Assembly: GCA_964555185.1 (NCBI GenBank)
Contig: CAZKRD010000001.1
Location: 34,185-98,184, forward strand
Direction: 5' to 3'
Length of the DNA stretch: 64,000 nt
Source of the DNA: an uncultured Candidatus Saccharibacteria bacterium
GTDB lineage: Bacteria; Patescibacteriota; JAQUNI01
Made by a program: the position numbers and the translations under genes. Below are positions 39,822-50,071 of this stretch, in pieces. The notes under the pieces are model-generated. The model saw only the letters and a program-made list of their open reading frames with translations. It ran no database searches and was not told the DNA's origin. Numbering within the stretch: position 1 is the stretch's first letter; every line of letters starts with the position of its first letter.

Positions 39822-40166
39822 TTAATCTATCCGTTTACAACCTTCAAAATGAACCTTGTTGTCATTAAATACTTTGACAACCTTGTATCTTCCTTTTGTA
39901 TATATTTCCTTGTTTTTAATAAAATGGGTTGCTTCTAAAATAATAATGCTTGCTTTTGGCCGTGAAAGCTGTTGATTGCCTTTGGTTTCGACAAGAGGGA
40001 TTTCACCATGCAGCCAGTAATTGCGCTGTTCTTTTTTTAAGAAAGGGTAGATTCTGCCTGTTTTCAAATTTGCCGGGATGCATTCCGCCCTCTTGCGTCT
40101 GCCTTTTTTGAATTCTGCTATGTTGCGCAGAGCAAGATCTGGATTGAACTCAACTTTAATACCCAT
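39822..40166 (-). CDS. Conserved hypothetical, possibly DUF2584-like
   Basis: MGIKVEFN start and K.EQRNY..IPL.ETK resemble DUF2584 pattern (recalled). Confidence 0.55.
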   Translation of the reverse strand: MGIKVEFNPDLALRNIAEFKKGRRKRAECIPANLKTGRIYPFLKKEQRNYWLHGEIPLVETKGNQQLSRPKASIIILEATHFIKNKEIYTKGRYKVVKVFNDNKVHFEGCKRID

Positions 40167-40187
40167 GGTTTTAGTGTGGGGTTGATT

Positions 40188-40763
40188 TTACTTCTTAATC
40201 ACTTTGTCTACGATTCCGTATTTTACTGCTTCTTGGGCAGTCATATAAAAGTCGCGGTCTGTGTCTTTTTCGATTTTCTTTAAGGCCTGGCCAGTATGCT
40301 TGGCCAAAATTTTGTTGATCCGGTCTTTAACTTTCAGGATGTGCTCGGCTCGGATCGCAATGTCCGTGGCCTGGCCTTCTGCTCCGCCCATTACTTGGTG
40401 GAGCAGAATTTCGGAATTGGGCAGGGCAAAACGTTTGCCAGGAGTGCCGGAAGTGAGGAGCGCGGCCCCCATCGAGCTAGCCAGACCAATGCAGATTGTG
40501 GAAACATCGGGTTTAATGTATTGAATCGTGTCGTAGATAGCAAAGCCGGATGTGACTGAACCGCCGGCTGTATTGATGTAGAGATGAATCTCTTTATCCT
40601 GATCTTCCGAAGCCAGGAACAGAAGCTGGGCAATCACTGTATTGGCGACAGCATCATTGATTGTGTTGCCCAAGAAAACAATCCGTTCCTTTAAGAGCCG
40701 GGAGTAGATATCAAAAGCTCGCTCTCCGGAGTGTGATTTTTCAATGACAGTTGGAATCAACAT
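40188..40763 (-). CDS. clpP: ATP-dependent Clp protease proteolytic subunit
   Basis: [26 protein letters not shown]; start moved to MLIPTV. Confidence 0.97.
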   Translation of the reverse strand: MLIPTVIEKSHSGERAFDIYSRLLKERIVFLGNTINDAVANTVIAQLLFLASEDQDKEIHLYINTAGGSVTSGFAIYDTIQYIKPDVSTICIGLASSMGAALLTSGTPGKRFALPNSEILLHQVMGGAEGQATDIAIRAEHILKVKDRINKILAKHTGQALKKIEKDTDRDFYMTAQEAVKYGIVDKVIKK

Positions 40764-40766
40764 ATA

Positions 40767-40880
40767 GTTCAAAGTTAAAAGTGCAAAATTCAAAGTTGAA
40801 TTCAAAGTTCAAAGTTAAGTTTTTTTAATGATTTGGGTCTTAGATTGCAACTTTTAACTTTGCACTTTGAACTTTTAACT
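40767..40880. repeat. Inverted 7-mer array, family A
   Basis: gttcaaa gttaaaa gtgcaaa attcaaa.. / cttttaa ctttgca ctttgaa cttttaa. Confidence 0.8.
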
Positions 40881-41830
40881 TATTTTTGGATCACCCACTT
40901 CCCTTTTTTACGCGCTAGGCGCCCTTTGATCGTAAAGCCGGAAGCTAGTGGGTGTCCCCCGCCTCCGTAGCGGGCAGCGATTTTAGCGACATCGACTCCC
41001 CGCCCTTTTTCCGAACGCAAACTTGCTTTGATCTTGTTTTTTTCTTGTTCCGAGAGCAGCATGGCGTATTTAGTGCCTTCAGCGGTATTGATGATGCTGA
41101 CCACGCCGTCCAGGTCCTCTGGTTTGGCCCCGAGTTCTTCAAAATCCTTTTGGGTAATAGCAGACAGAGTGACGCCCTTTTTCTTATCTTGGAGGGTGCG
41201 GGTAAGCGCTCGCCCCCAGATTTTTAAGGCGGGCAGGGATTTATTCTGATAGGTTTGCTGGGCGATTTTGTTCAAGTTTGCTCCTTGCTTCATTAGATCA
41301 GCGGCTACTTCCAGGGTCTGGGGCAGGGTGTTGGCGTGTTGAAAACTGCCTGTGTCCGTAAAAATTCCAGTCAGAAGGCAGTTGGCAATCTTGTGGTCCT
41401 GGATATTTAGTTTTTGAATCAGAAAATAGAGTATTTCGGCCGTAGAAGAAGTTTTGGTTTCAACCAGATTCAGATTACCAAAGGGCTTTTTTTGGGGATG
41501 ATGGTCGATATTGATCAGGGCCCTGTATTGAAGGTGGGACCATTTCAAGCCAATCCTTTTTTTATCCCCGGCATCCAAGGCGATAATAATATCAAATTTT
41601 TTCCCGGGAAGCTCATTCACGATTTTATCAGAAGCAGGCAAGAAAGAGAGATTTTTGGGGACAGGATCAGGAGAAAAACAGACGACCCTCTTCTTCATCT
41701 TTTTTAAAGCCAGAGCCAAAGCGAGCATTGATCCCACGCCGTCGCCGTCAGGATTTTCATGAATAGCAAGCAGAAAAGAGGAAAATTTCTTCAATATTTT
41801 CAAGACAAGGTTAAGGTCTTTTTTTGACAT
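40880..41830 (-). CDS. nrnA: DHH/DHHA1 oligoribonuclease/pAp phosphatase NrnA
   Basis: HENPDGD, IDHH, TDTGSF, SLRS, GGGGH. Confidence 0.92.
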   Translation of the reverse strand: MSKKDLNLVLKILKKFSSFLLAIHENPDGDGVGSMLALALALKKMKKRVVCFSPDPVPKNLSFLPASDKIVNELPGKKFDIIIALDAGDKKRIGLKWSHLQYRALINIDHHPQKKPFGNLNLVETKTSSTAEILYFLIQKLNIQDHKIANCLLTGIFTDTGSFQHANTLPQTLEVAADLMKQGANLNKIAQQTYQNKSLPALKIWGRALTRTLQDKKKGVTLSAITQKDFEELGAKPEDLDGVVSIINTAEGTKYAMLLSEQEKNKIKASLRSEKGRGVDVAKIAARYGGGGHPLASGFTIKGRLARKKGKWVIQK

Positions 41831-42155
41831 TTTGATCTAAGAGTTTATTGATCCTTTCTGCTTTTTCTTGAGAAGTGTCAACACTAAAGTGAAGTTTGGG
41901 GATCTTTCTTAAATGGAGGCGGGAACTAAGGAGGGATTGTAGCTTAATCTTATTTCTTTGTAAAGTTTTCACAATTAAGCTTCTTTTATCTTCAGGTAGA
42001 ACCGAAATCCAAATGCGAGCTTGGGACAGATCTCGAGAAGTGACAACTCGAATTATGGTCGTAAGAGTATTAGGCGGCAGATCGATTTCTGTCAAAATCG
42101 CATTTGCCAGTTCCTTTTTAATCAGGCTGTTAAGTTTTGCAATACGGTAGGACAT
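41811..42155 (-). CDS. rbfA: Ribosome-binding factor A
   Basis: V.TSRDLSQARIWIS, LRKIPKLHF..D; follows infB. Confidence 0.9.
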   Translation of the reverse strand: MSYRIAKLNSLIKKELANAILTEIDLPPNTLTTIIRVVTSRDLSQARIWISVLPEDKRSLIVKTLQRNKIKLQSLLSSRLHLRKIPKLHFSVDTSQEKAERINKLLDQNVKKRP

Positions 42156-42160
42156 GGGGT

Positions 42161-42365
42161 TAATTTTCAATTTTCAAATCTCAATTTTCAATCAAATCCG
42201 AAGGTTCAATGATTTAATTTTCAAACAGTTTGAACATTTCATCATTGGTTATTGGAAATTGATTAGTAAATTGGTACTTGAAAATTGAAAATTGATTGTA
42301 AACCCTTCGGCAAGGTCCAAGCGGTGAGCATAGTCGAACCATTGAAAATCGTCAATTGAAAATTT
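42161..42365. mobile_element. Family B element copy 3 (reverse orientation)
   Basis: 42161-42297 closely matches the reverse complement of 24707-24863; extra unit 42303-42340. Confidence 0.85.
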
Positions 42366-42367
42366 CC

Positions 42368-44128
42368 CTACAGGGTTTGCTTTTCCTTTTCCACCTTATA
42401 GAATTCCAAGATATCCCCTACTTCTATTCTTATTTCACCGATGAATCTAATACCCGCTTCCTGGCCGGCTTTTACTTTTCCTACTTTTTGCTTAGCTGAC
42501 TGCAATTCTCCTAAAACCCCTTCGCCCAAAAGCTCCCCTCCTCTCTTGACTCTGATTTTACTGTTTGTTTCCACTATACCTTGGGTTACCCTGCCGCCGA
42601 CGATCATCCGGTCTTTCTCGGTCCTAAAGATGGCCAAGACTTCCAATTTGGCGATTTCTTTGATTTTGATTTGGGGTTTCAGCATTTCCAGAAGGCCTTT
42701 TTTGATGCTGTCAGTCAACTCATAAATAACCTGATAGGTATGGATCTCAACCCCTAGTTGTTTGGCCAGCTTTGTCGCTACCGTACTTGGCTCGACCCTA
42801 AAGCCGATTAGTTTTGAATTGGTGATGTGGCTTTTGATCACGTCTGATTCAGTGATTCTGCCGGTTCCTTCACTGACAATATAGGCGGCAACCTTTTTAG
42901 ATTTCAATTTGGCTAGATTCTCAAGGATTGCTTCTCTCGAGCCGTGGGTGTCTGTCTTAATGATTAAATTCAATTTTTTAATTTTGGGATTTAGGGCTTT
43001 TTTGTTGATTTGATTCAAGACCTCCCTCTCTTTCTGATTCCTTGTTTTGTTTGTTTTTTTAGAATGTTTAGCTGTAGTCTGGACTAGACTGCCGACCGGC
43101 GGGATTTCGGAGAAGCCGATGATTTTGACTGGGGTGGAGGGGCCGGCCCGCTTGATCATTTTGTCTTGATAGTCCTCCATTCTTTTAATCTTACCGTTAA
43201 TGCTAGCGGCTGTGACCAGATCCCCTATTCGTAGAGTACCTGATTGGATTAGGATCGTCGCTTCCGGTCCTCTTTGCGAAGAAAGGTGGGATTCAATCAC
43301 CGTGCCGAATACGGGCTGTTTGAGCGGGGCCTTTAACTTTTCCATTTCAGCAATGAGCAGAATGAGATCAAGAAGCTCATCTACCCCCTGTCCTGTTTTA
43401 GCCGAGATTTCCTGGAGCGGCGTCTTCCCTCCCCATTCTTCGATCTGAATGTTTACAGAAGCGAGTTCTTGTTTGACTTTATCTGGTTTTGCCTCTGGCT
43501 TGTCTATTTTGTTAAGCGCGACGATCAGCGGAATTTTTGCTTTGTGAATATGTTTGATTGCTTCCTTGGTTTGGGGCTGGACCCCGTCATCAGCGGCAAT
43601 AACCAGGATCGCGATATCAGTGAGGTGCGCTCCTCGCTCGCGCATTGCTTTAAAGGCCTCGTGGCCGGGCGTATCAATAAAAGTAATGACTTGACCATTG
43701 TGCTTTACTTGATAGGCGCCGATGTGTTGAGTGATGCCGCCGGATTCTTGGCTGATTGTGTCTGTTTTACGCAGATAATCAAGAAAGGTTGTTTTGCCAT
43801 GATCAACGTGGCCCATCACGGTTACTACCGGGGGCCGTGGTCCTAATTTCCCGGAGACTTTTTCGCCTTTTTCCTTCTTTTTTTTCGGGATCGGAGCTTT
43901 GGCCTCGGAGTTTGTCTTCTGTTTTGATTGAAAGACCGCCTCGTAACCTAGATCCTCGGCAATCACCGCCGCGGTTTCCTGGTCGATTTCTTCATTGATC
44001 GTGACATAAATGTCATTTTGGATCAACTCTTTAATCACCCGGGGCGTTGGCAAATCTAAAATTTGGGCCAAGTCTTTGACCCTGATCGTAGCGGGAATTA
44101 CTATTTTTTGGGGAGTCTGGTTAATCAT
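42368..44128 (-). CDS. infB: Translation initiation factor IF-2 (short form)
   Basis: [32 protein letters not shown]. Confidence 0.98.
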   Translation of the reverse strand: MINQTPQKIVIPATIRVKDLAQILDLPTPRVIKELIQNDIYVTINEEIDQETAAVIAEDLGYEAVFQSKQKTNSEAKAPIPKKKKEKGEKVSGKLGPRPPVVTVMGHVDHGKTTFLDYLRKTDTISQESGGITQHIGAYQVKHNGQVITFIDTPGHEAFKAMRERGAHLTDIAILVIAADDGVQPQTKEAIKHIHKAKIPLIVALNKIDKPEAKPDKVKQELASVNIQIEEWGGKTPLQEISAKTGQGVDELLDLILLIAEMEKLKAPLKQPVFGTVIESHLSSQRGPEATILIQSGTLRIGDLVTAASINGKIKRMEDYQDKMIKRAGPSTPVKIIGFSEIPPVGSLVQTTAKHSKKTNKTRNQKEREVLNQINKKALNPKIKKLNLIIKTDTHGSREAILENLAKLKSKKVAAYIVSEGTGRITESDVIKSHITNSKLIGFRVEPSTVATKLAKQLGVEIHTYQVIYELTDSIKKGLLEMLKPQIKIKEIAKLEVLAIFRTEKDRMIVGGRVTQGIVETNSKIRVKRGGELLGEGVLGELQSAKQKVGKVKAGQEAGIRFIGEIRIEVGDILEFYKVEKEKQTL

Positions 44129-44160
44129 TATTCAAAATTTATGGTTCAAGATTCATTTCC

Positions 44161-44406
44161 CTATTTTTTCTTAATAATTTGATAGACAAGGGCAACGATC
44201 AAAAAAACAGCGCCGACCCAGAAACAGCCCAGGATGAATTTCACTAGTCCACCCAAGCCCGCGAAAACCAGAATAAGAGCGAGGATAATCAGGCCTAAAA
44301 GCCAGCGCAGGGGGACGGGTAGATAGTCGGCGAAAATACCCGAAACATTATAGACGGGTTCTTTAAGGTATTTTTTCACTCCTTTTTTAATTTGCCTTCT
44401 GGGCAT
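44161..44406 (-). CDS. Small two-TM hypothetical protein
   Basis: 81 aa ORF with two hydrophobic helices. Confidence 0.6.
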   Translation of the reverse strand: MPRRQIKKGVKKYLKEPVYNVSGIFADYLPVPLRWLLGLIILALILVFAGLGGLVKFILGCFWVGAVFLIVALVYQIIKKK

Positions 44407-44416
44407 GGGAGGGGGT

Positions 44417-44552
44417 TAATTTTCAATTTTCAAGTACCAATTTTCAATCAATTTTCAATAACCAATGACTAAATGTTCAAACTGTTTGAAAATTAAATCT
44501 ATTCGAAAATTGGGATTTGATTGTAAATTGAAAATTGTAAATTGAAAAATTT
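44417..44552. mobile_element. Family B element copy 4
   Basis: Near-identical to 29400-29510. Confidence 0.85.
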
Positions 44553-44555
44553 TCT

Positions 44556-45425
44556 TCAGAATGTTCTCGTTTTCCCTACGATCACCCTTAATTTTTGGGG
44601 GACAGCCTGGATTATAACCGGGGTGCGGCCTGCGTTTTGGTTGTCAGCGATAATCGAGAACGGCTTTTTCCCGACCGAGTTTACTTCCACTTTTTTGGCT
44701 TTAAAGATCGATGTTCTAGGCAGGGAGTGATAGGCCTCGCTGCTGGCCAGCTTCAGGTTTTTAGTCAGAGAAAATTTGTGATATTTGCTAGTAATAAATA
44801 TGTTCAAGAGTCCGTCTTCCGGGTTCGCGCGCGGTGATGTTTCAGGATGGGAGGATAGATTGACAAAAGCCGCTTGGAAGAGATCCAATCGGATTTGAAA
44901 TTTCTGATCCAGGTTCAAGACAACCTCGCGGGGGTGATAGTGGAGGGCGCGGAAAAGCGAGGGGTTGCCATTTTTATCTAAATCCTGTTTCCGTCCGCCA
45001 AAGCCGATTAGGGCGCGGGTCAAGAAATACTGACGGTTGACTTTGCCCAAGTCAATCAATTTGACGATTCTTGAAGAGATGGTGTCGCAAGCCGCCTCGC
45101 CGATTTGGGCGCCTAATGCTTGGCCGATTGAGTTAGGTTTGGAGATGGGGATCAGCCCCAAAGTAATTTCAGAAAGCGGCTTTTTATTTTGGGTCAGGAT
45201 TGTATTTGAGATTTTTTTAAAGGTGTGATCATTGCCCACCGCGACGATTGTAACTTTTTCTTCTTTTAATCCTTCTAAAACAATTTCCTCCATATTGCGC
45301 AGGAGCCGTACTCTATTGGTTTCTCCGGCGATGTCAAGGTCAGCCAGTTTGATTTCAATCCGGTCAAGGATTTTGCGGTATTTTGGCTTTTCCAGGAATG
45401 AGTCGTAAATATAATAATACATCAT
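44556..45425 (-). CDS. Diacylglycerol/lipid kinase-like protein with divergent ATP motif
   Basis: IVAVGNDHT, LGLIP, IDLGKVN..YF, PEDG.L, P.KLRVIVG. Confidence 0.8.
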   Translation of the reverse strand: MMYYYIYDSFLEKPKYRKILDRIEIKLADLDIAGETNRVRLLRNMEEIVLEGLKEEKVTIVAVGNDHTFKKISNTILTQNKKPLSEITLGLIPISKPNSIGQALGAQIGEAACDTISSRIVKLIDLGKVNRQYFLTRALIGFGGRKQDLDKNGNPSLFRALHYHPREVVLNLDQKFQIRLDLFQAAFVNLSSHPETSPRANPEDGLLNIFITSKYHKFSLTKNLKLASSEAYHSLPRTSIFKAKKVEVNSVGKKPFSIIADNQNAGRTPVIIQAVPQKLRVIVGKTRTF

Positions 45426-45519
45426 TAAAAGTCAAAAATTAAAAGTGGTCTTGTTTCTTTTTTAGAAATTAAGCCTTGGGTCTAAATTGAGGAGTTTGAT
45501 TTGATCTCCGGCGTTTGTT

Positions 45520-45906
45520 TTAATTTTCCGCTTCTTCTACTTTGATTTCGGTTTCTTGGCCTTCTTGGCTTGGCATCTGACATTGACCACGCAAGATCGC
45601 GCCGGGCGAGATCGAAATGATTTTGGCTGCGATATCGCCTTCCACCTGTCCGGTTTCGGTAATTTCCAGTGCTTCTTCTGCGGTTACATTCCCCTTGACC
45701 TTGCCGGCAATAACGATGTTTAAGGCCTTAATATTGGCGGAAATCATTGCCTGTTCGCCCACAGCCAGGTTTTGGGTCGTTTGGATGTTGCCGGCAACCT
45801 GGCCGTCAATCCGGACATTGCCTTGAGAAGAGAGCTCCCCTTCTACTTTGACGGACGGCCCGACAATAGTTTCTGCTTGATTTTCTTCTTGTTTTTTGTC
45901 GCTCAT
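45520..45906 (-). CDS. Bactofilin (polymer-forming cytoskeletal protein)
   Basis: TIVG..VKVEGEL..GNVRIDG.V.GNI..GAILRGQC.M. Confidence 0.93.
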   Translation of the reverse strand: MSDKKQEENQAETIVGPSVKVEGELSSQGNVRIDGQVAGNIQTTQNLAVGEQAMISANIKALNIVIAGKVKGNVTAEEALEITETGQVEGDIAAKIISISPGAILRGQCQMPSQEGQETEIKVEEAEN

Positions 45907-45962
45907 AGAGTTTTTAAATAGAGATTTAATGTAGGGGGTTTTTGGATCGCCTAAGAAACCTG

Positions 45963-46418
45963 CTACCCCCTTTTGTTAATTGCTTCTAATTCTTCTTTGG
46001 TTAGTTGATATTTCGATTGACCGCCGAAAACAGGCTTGGCATAGATGCGGTCGCCTGTGCTACTGTGGAGATTAGATATTACCACGCCGCTTTTATGTCG
46101 ATCAAGAAGAGCGATTGAAAAGCTTTGATCTCCGCCCTCGTCGGCAAAAGGATTAAACCGGACAATGTTGACCTTCTGGACAGTGAAGTCTAATTTTTCT
46201 TCTAGTTTTTTTACCGAATCTTTTAGGGCTCGAATTTTATCTTGAACTGTTTTTAAGTTCTTGTTTTGGGAATTCAAAATTTCCTCCAGATTGCTCCCCT
46301 GCGCTTGGCCTAAGAGCTCTTTGTTTGCCCGGTGGGTTTTATAAAGCGTATAATGCAGGTAAGAAACCCAAGCCAAAAGGACAACTGTGATTCCAACCAG
46401 GATCAAGGTAAAAATCAT
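45963..46418 (-). CDS. DUF4446 family protein
   Basis: VRFNPF.DEGGDQSFSIALLD, YAKP, LTKEE.EAI. Confidence 0.88.
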   Translation of the reverse strand: MIFTLILVGITVVLLAWVSYLHYTLYKTHRANKELLGQAQGSNLEEILNSQNKNLKTVQDKIRALKDSVKKLEEKLDFTVQKVNIVRFNPFADEGGDQSFSIALLDRHKSGVVISNLHSSTGDRIYAKPVFGGQSKYQLTKEELEAINKRG

Positions 46419-46576
46419 TTAAAGGATTTGAGTTCATTAGATAATTCATTATATCCTTTGTTTGGCCTGTTTGTCAATTTTGGTTTGTTTGACATTTAGA
46501 GTGATTTGTGATATGTTTAGAAGCTGTGAAGTTTGGTAATGTTTGGAATATAGGTAACCAGGAGGAGGTGTGATTG

Positions 46577-47005
46577 ATGAGAAGAATAGTATCTGCTGTT
46601 GGTGTTCTACTCTGCTGCTGGATTGTTCTTAGTTGTGATTGCCCCAGTCCTGTTGTTGGCAATCCAAGGGGCCATAGATTTGAATTTATCAACAAGACCT
46701 ATGGCGTTGGAGCTATTAATGTTCACGTTATTGCTATGGGTGATGGCAAAAGTTTCTGGATACGCGGGTTGAAATATGGCTATATGGATAGTGTAGAAGT
46801 TCAGGCCGATCTCTTTGAGACTTATGATATAATTTACATTATCCCGGCATACCAGAATGGCCATCAATGGTTTGAACTTCGCCACTATGACTGGGATAAT
46901 TATATTGTTCCTGAGAGTGGTGAGTATGGGATCATCGAAATGATCAGCCCAGAAGGTGTCAATAGGTATGATTGGGAGGAATGGACAGAGATTGATCCTC
47001 CTTAG
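46577..47005 (+). CDS. Hypothetical secreted/lipoprotein
   Basis: GGAGGAGG RBS, signal with VLSC lipobox-like motif, own terminator 47006-47034. Confidence 0.65.
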   Translation: MRRIVSAVGVLLCCWIVLSCDCPSPVVGNPRGHRFEFINKTYGVGAINVHVIAMGDGKSFWIRGLKYGYMDSVEVQADLFETYDIIYIIPAYQNGHQWFELRHYDWDNYIVPESGEYGIIEMISPEGVNRYDWEEWTEIDPP

Positions 47006-47089
47006 GCGCTAGCCAGATTGGTTAGCGTTTTTTTATTTTGAATAAAAAGTATGTTATAATGATTTTGTGCAACCAGTATCTAATAATTT

Positions 47090-47446
47090 ATGAGCAGTAA
47101 AAATCATTTTAAAAAACACAAAAGCCGCAAGTTCCGCAAGGCCAAAATAAAATCCCCTCAAAAGAATTATTGGGAGGGTGTGGCCAGTGATCCGGAAGAG
47201 AAAGGTGAACTTGATCGAGTTCCCGAAAGACAGAAACAAAACAGAGAGAAGATTATTAAAGCCCCCCTGTCCAAAGAAGAGCCAGAGGCAAAGACAGAAA
47301 ACAAAGATATTGCTTCAGATTGCAAAAAGGTCTTGACAACTTTTTTGGGGTTTGCTATACTATTATTAGTACTGTGGATAATTAAAATCAAAACTTCTCT
47401 TTTCGATATCGCAGTAGATTACTTTTACAAAATTTTTGCTCTTTGA
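47090..47446 (+). CDS. Hypothetical protein with C-terminal TM
   Basis: 118 aa; TGTTATAAT upstream. Confidence 0.55.
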   Translation: MSSKNHFKKHKSRKFRKAKIKSPQKNYWEGVASDPEEKGELDRVPERQKQNREKIIKAPLSKEEPEAKTENKDIASDCKKVLTTFLGFAILLLVLWIIKIKTSLFDIAVDYFYKIFAL

Positions 47447-47529
47447 TCTTTGAGTGATAATTAGAGTGTCACTCAAACCCTAAAAACAAAAAAGAAAAAA
47501 ACAAAAAGACACGGACGAGTAATGGAAGA

Positions 47530-47910
47530 TAAAACAAAAAGAAAAACAAAAATTATAAAAAACAATTTGCATTTATCCTATTAGGTGTTTGACTTAATAG
47601 GAGGAAGGGCCCTTCCAAGGTTTCGTTTTATGACTGGGCATTTTAGGGGCTAATGGTCGGAAGTTTTTTGTTTATCCAGAATATTTTTTGATTTTAAATA
47701 ATTTAGCCAGTAATCGTAATTTTCCTGTTTCAGGTTCAACCTGAACTGTCACCCCTTGGAATAACCACCCCTTGGAATAATTGAGTCCCCTCTTCTTCAT
47801 TTAAATAATTAAACGTTCTGGGTAAATCATTTTTTGGTTTCAGTTGGTCTTTATTAATCTTGATGTTTTCAAGTTGATCAGGGAATATATTTTTTATTTT
47901 TAAGCCTCCT
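47530..47910 (-). pseudogene. Degraded gene remnant
   Basis: AGGAGG at 47905-47910 without ATG; protein-like frames (INKDQLKPKNDLPRTF..LFQGV|TVQVEPETGKLRLL) broken by 16 bp duplication and stops. Confidence 0.5.
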
Positions 47911-48164
47911 ATAAAATTAAAAATAAAGACACTCCTGATTGGTTAATGCAAATCTCGTTCGGTTTGCAACTCGCCTCAAATTTTGGGTCAATTTCGAGTT
48001 GTCGTGAAATTTGAAAACTGTTTCAGTATTTTTGTGAGGAGATTTTATTTTTTTACTTGTTTGTCGCGAGAAGAAAAAGAATTCTTAAATCCACTATTTT
48101 TATTTACTCGCCGCTCACTGTTAAGACCATGGGTCTTGCCGTGTGATCCCACCGTGAATTCGGA

Positions 48165-48232
48165 AATACCCTCTGTCCGGTAGGCAGGCTTTGATCGTCC
48201 CTCGACAAGCTCTGGACTCGCTCGTAATGACA
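48165..48232. repeat. Composite palindromic repeat remnant
   Basis: ccggtaggcagg, ccctcgacaagctc, ctcgtaatgaca; partner-type gtcattgcgag at 54852. Confidence 0.5.
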
Positions 48233-48332
48233 TTTTGTGAGTTTCCAGATTCACGGATTCCACTTTTGACAATTCATTTGTTTTTTGTTTTTATTTTCAA
48301 GAACCCCTTTAGAACAATTGAGGTAATGGATG

Positions 48333-49724
48333 TTATACATTATATTGACTGTCTTGTAAAGAGGTTAAGGTCCAGATAAAGCCCAAGACAAGCCAAAAGA
48401 TCAATATACCCTGTTGAAGATCATAAAAGTAATGATCAAAAAGCCCGATCAAGCAATAGGCAATAAGAACCGCAGATAAAGTCAAACTTTCAAGTTTGTT
48501 CTTGGAGATTTTAAATCTAAGATAAAAGGTTAAGTAAAGAAAGGTGAGGAAAATTAACAGTCCGGGCAGGCCTATCTCCGCGGCATAAGCAAGGTAGATG
48601 TTATGGACTGGTTGAAAGCGCCAGCCGGGGAAATCAAAACCAAGATAAGAAGAGAGCGCGGGGACAAAGTTTCCGATTCCAATCCCCAAGAGAGGATTTT
48701 TAGAAATGATCAGCAAGCCAAGCTTGTTAAGCAGGATGCGGTTAGAGAGAGCAAAATCTGAATCAGGGGAATCAGTAACTCGCGACCGGGCGGCCAGTTC
48801 AGGCCAAAACAAAACTGATAAAATAATTATCGTGATCATTAAACTTACTATAAGAGGGAAGTAATTTTTTAAAAGAGAATTTTTGAAAATATAAATCAGA
48901 AGCAATCCCAAGATGATTGCGAAACCGAACCAGGCGGTGCGTGAAAAGGTAAGGATCAAGACAAAAACAAAAAATAGGACAGTAAGGATCAATCCACTTT
49001 TCAAAAATAATTTTTGCAGAGACGATTTCTGGCTCGGGCGGAAAATTTTTTGATAGAGCAAAAAGCAAAGCGGAATAACAAAGATCAAGAATCCAGCCAG
49101 AAGGTTGGGGTGGGGAAGCGTGCCATAGCCGCGGATTATTTTTTGACCCTGGACTACGATCTTCGCCACGCCGACAAGTTCTGGCGAGAGATCAGTCTCG
49201 CCGAAGATTTTTAAACCCAGCGAGTGTTGCTTCCAGTATTGGGAAGCAGCAATTACACCTTGAATCAGGCCGCTGAAAATTAGGCTCAAATAAGCCAAAA
49301 AACGGGGTCTTTGTTTTGAAAAATTTTTAACCACAAAAACAAAAAGCAGAATTGCTTCTGAAAGTTTTAAGAGGCGATAGAGGCCAACCTTCAGGTTTGG
49401 GCTTTGGGGCACAGAGAGCAGAGACCAGAGGACGAGGCCAGCTAATAACCAATAACCTACAATCTTCAATCCGCAGTCCCTGGTCCTTGATTTTCTTTGT
49501 TCGGTTTTTTTAAGAAGGGACAATTCTCCAAGCCAAAAGAGAAGAGCAATTCCAAAAATAATATCAGAGAGATATAAACTGATTGCGGTCCATTCATTAA
49601 ATTGCCCCGCGATCGGATCAAAAGAAAAAATATGCCGCTTCTGCCAGGGGAGGACAACGAGGAAGATAAAAAAAGAAAGATATTTTAATTTGGCGAGAAT
49701 GATTTTAATTTTTTCTTTTGACAT
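48333..49724 (-). CDS. O-antigen ligase family (Wzy_C) protein
   Basis: R.YGTLPHPN.LAG, LTFSRTAW, GIGIGNF, PVHNIYL..AEIG. Confidence 0.9.
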   Translation of the reverse strand: MSKEKIKIILAKLKYLSFFIFLVVLPWQKRHIFSFDPIAGQFNEWTAISLYLSDIIFGIALLFWLGELSLLKKTEQRKSRTRDCGLKIVGYWLLAGLVLWSLLSVPQSPNLKVGLYRLLKLSEAILLFVFVVKNFSKQRPRFLAYLSLIFSGLIQGVIAASQYWKQHSLGLKIFGETDLSPELVGVAKIVVQGQKIIRGYGTLPHPNLLAGFLIFVIPLCFLLYQKIFRPSQKSSLQKLFLKSGLILTVLFFVFVLILTFSRTAWFGFAIILGLLLIYIFKNSLLKNYFPLIVSLMITIIILSVLFWPELAARSRVTDSPDSDFALSNRILLNKLGLLIISKNPLLGIGIGNFVPALSSYLGFDFPGWRFQPVHNIYLAYAAEIGLPGLLIFLTFLYLTFYLRFKISKNKLESLTLSAVLIAYCLIGLFDHYFYDLQQGILIFWLVLGFIWTLTSLQDSQYNV

Positions 49725-49845
49725 ATGGTGAAAGTAAAATTCTTTAAATTCTACCACGCCAGCAATTTACAAGCAATGGAGTTTTATAATATACTGAATA
49801 CAAACAAACTTTAAACTTTGCACTTTGAATTTTGAACTGAATCCC

Positions 49846-49919
49846 GCCCCTGTAGCTCAGCTGGATAGAGCAGCGCACTCCTAACGCGCAGGTCACACGT
49901 TCGAATCGTGTCAGGGGCA
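49846..49919 (+). tRNA. tRNA-Arg(CCT)
   Basis: Acceptor GCCCCTG/CAGGGGC, D-loop GGATA, loop CTCCTAA, GTTCGAATC. Confidence 0.9.
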
Positions 49920-50071
49920 CAAGGTACATAATCTAGATTTTTTATTTGGGTTTTGATATAATAATTACAAAACAAAAAGCCAAATCTGAATCAGGAGGGA
50001 TTTGGCTTTGTTTGGTCCTTTTCAAACTTACTTATCTAATCCTGTAACTGGCAACACAAGGAGGAATGGTT

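Noticed and set aside
48045-48272. 75 aa ORF containing SLRASPELVEG..PAYR
   Set aside because: Peptide derives from palindromic repeats; no evidence it is a gene
49744-49929. ORFs overlapping tRNAs (also 14239-14433)
   Set aside because: Antisense translations of tRNA genes
50040-50065. GTAACTGGC before purB as a ZMP/ZTP riboswitch
   Set aside because: No room or sequence for the rest of the aptamer before the RBS
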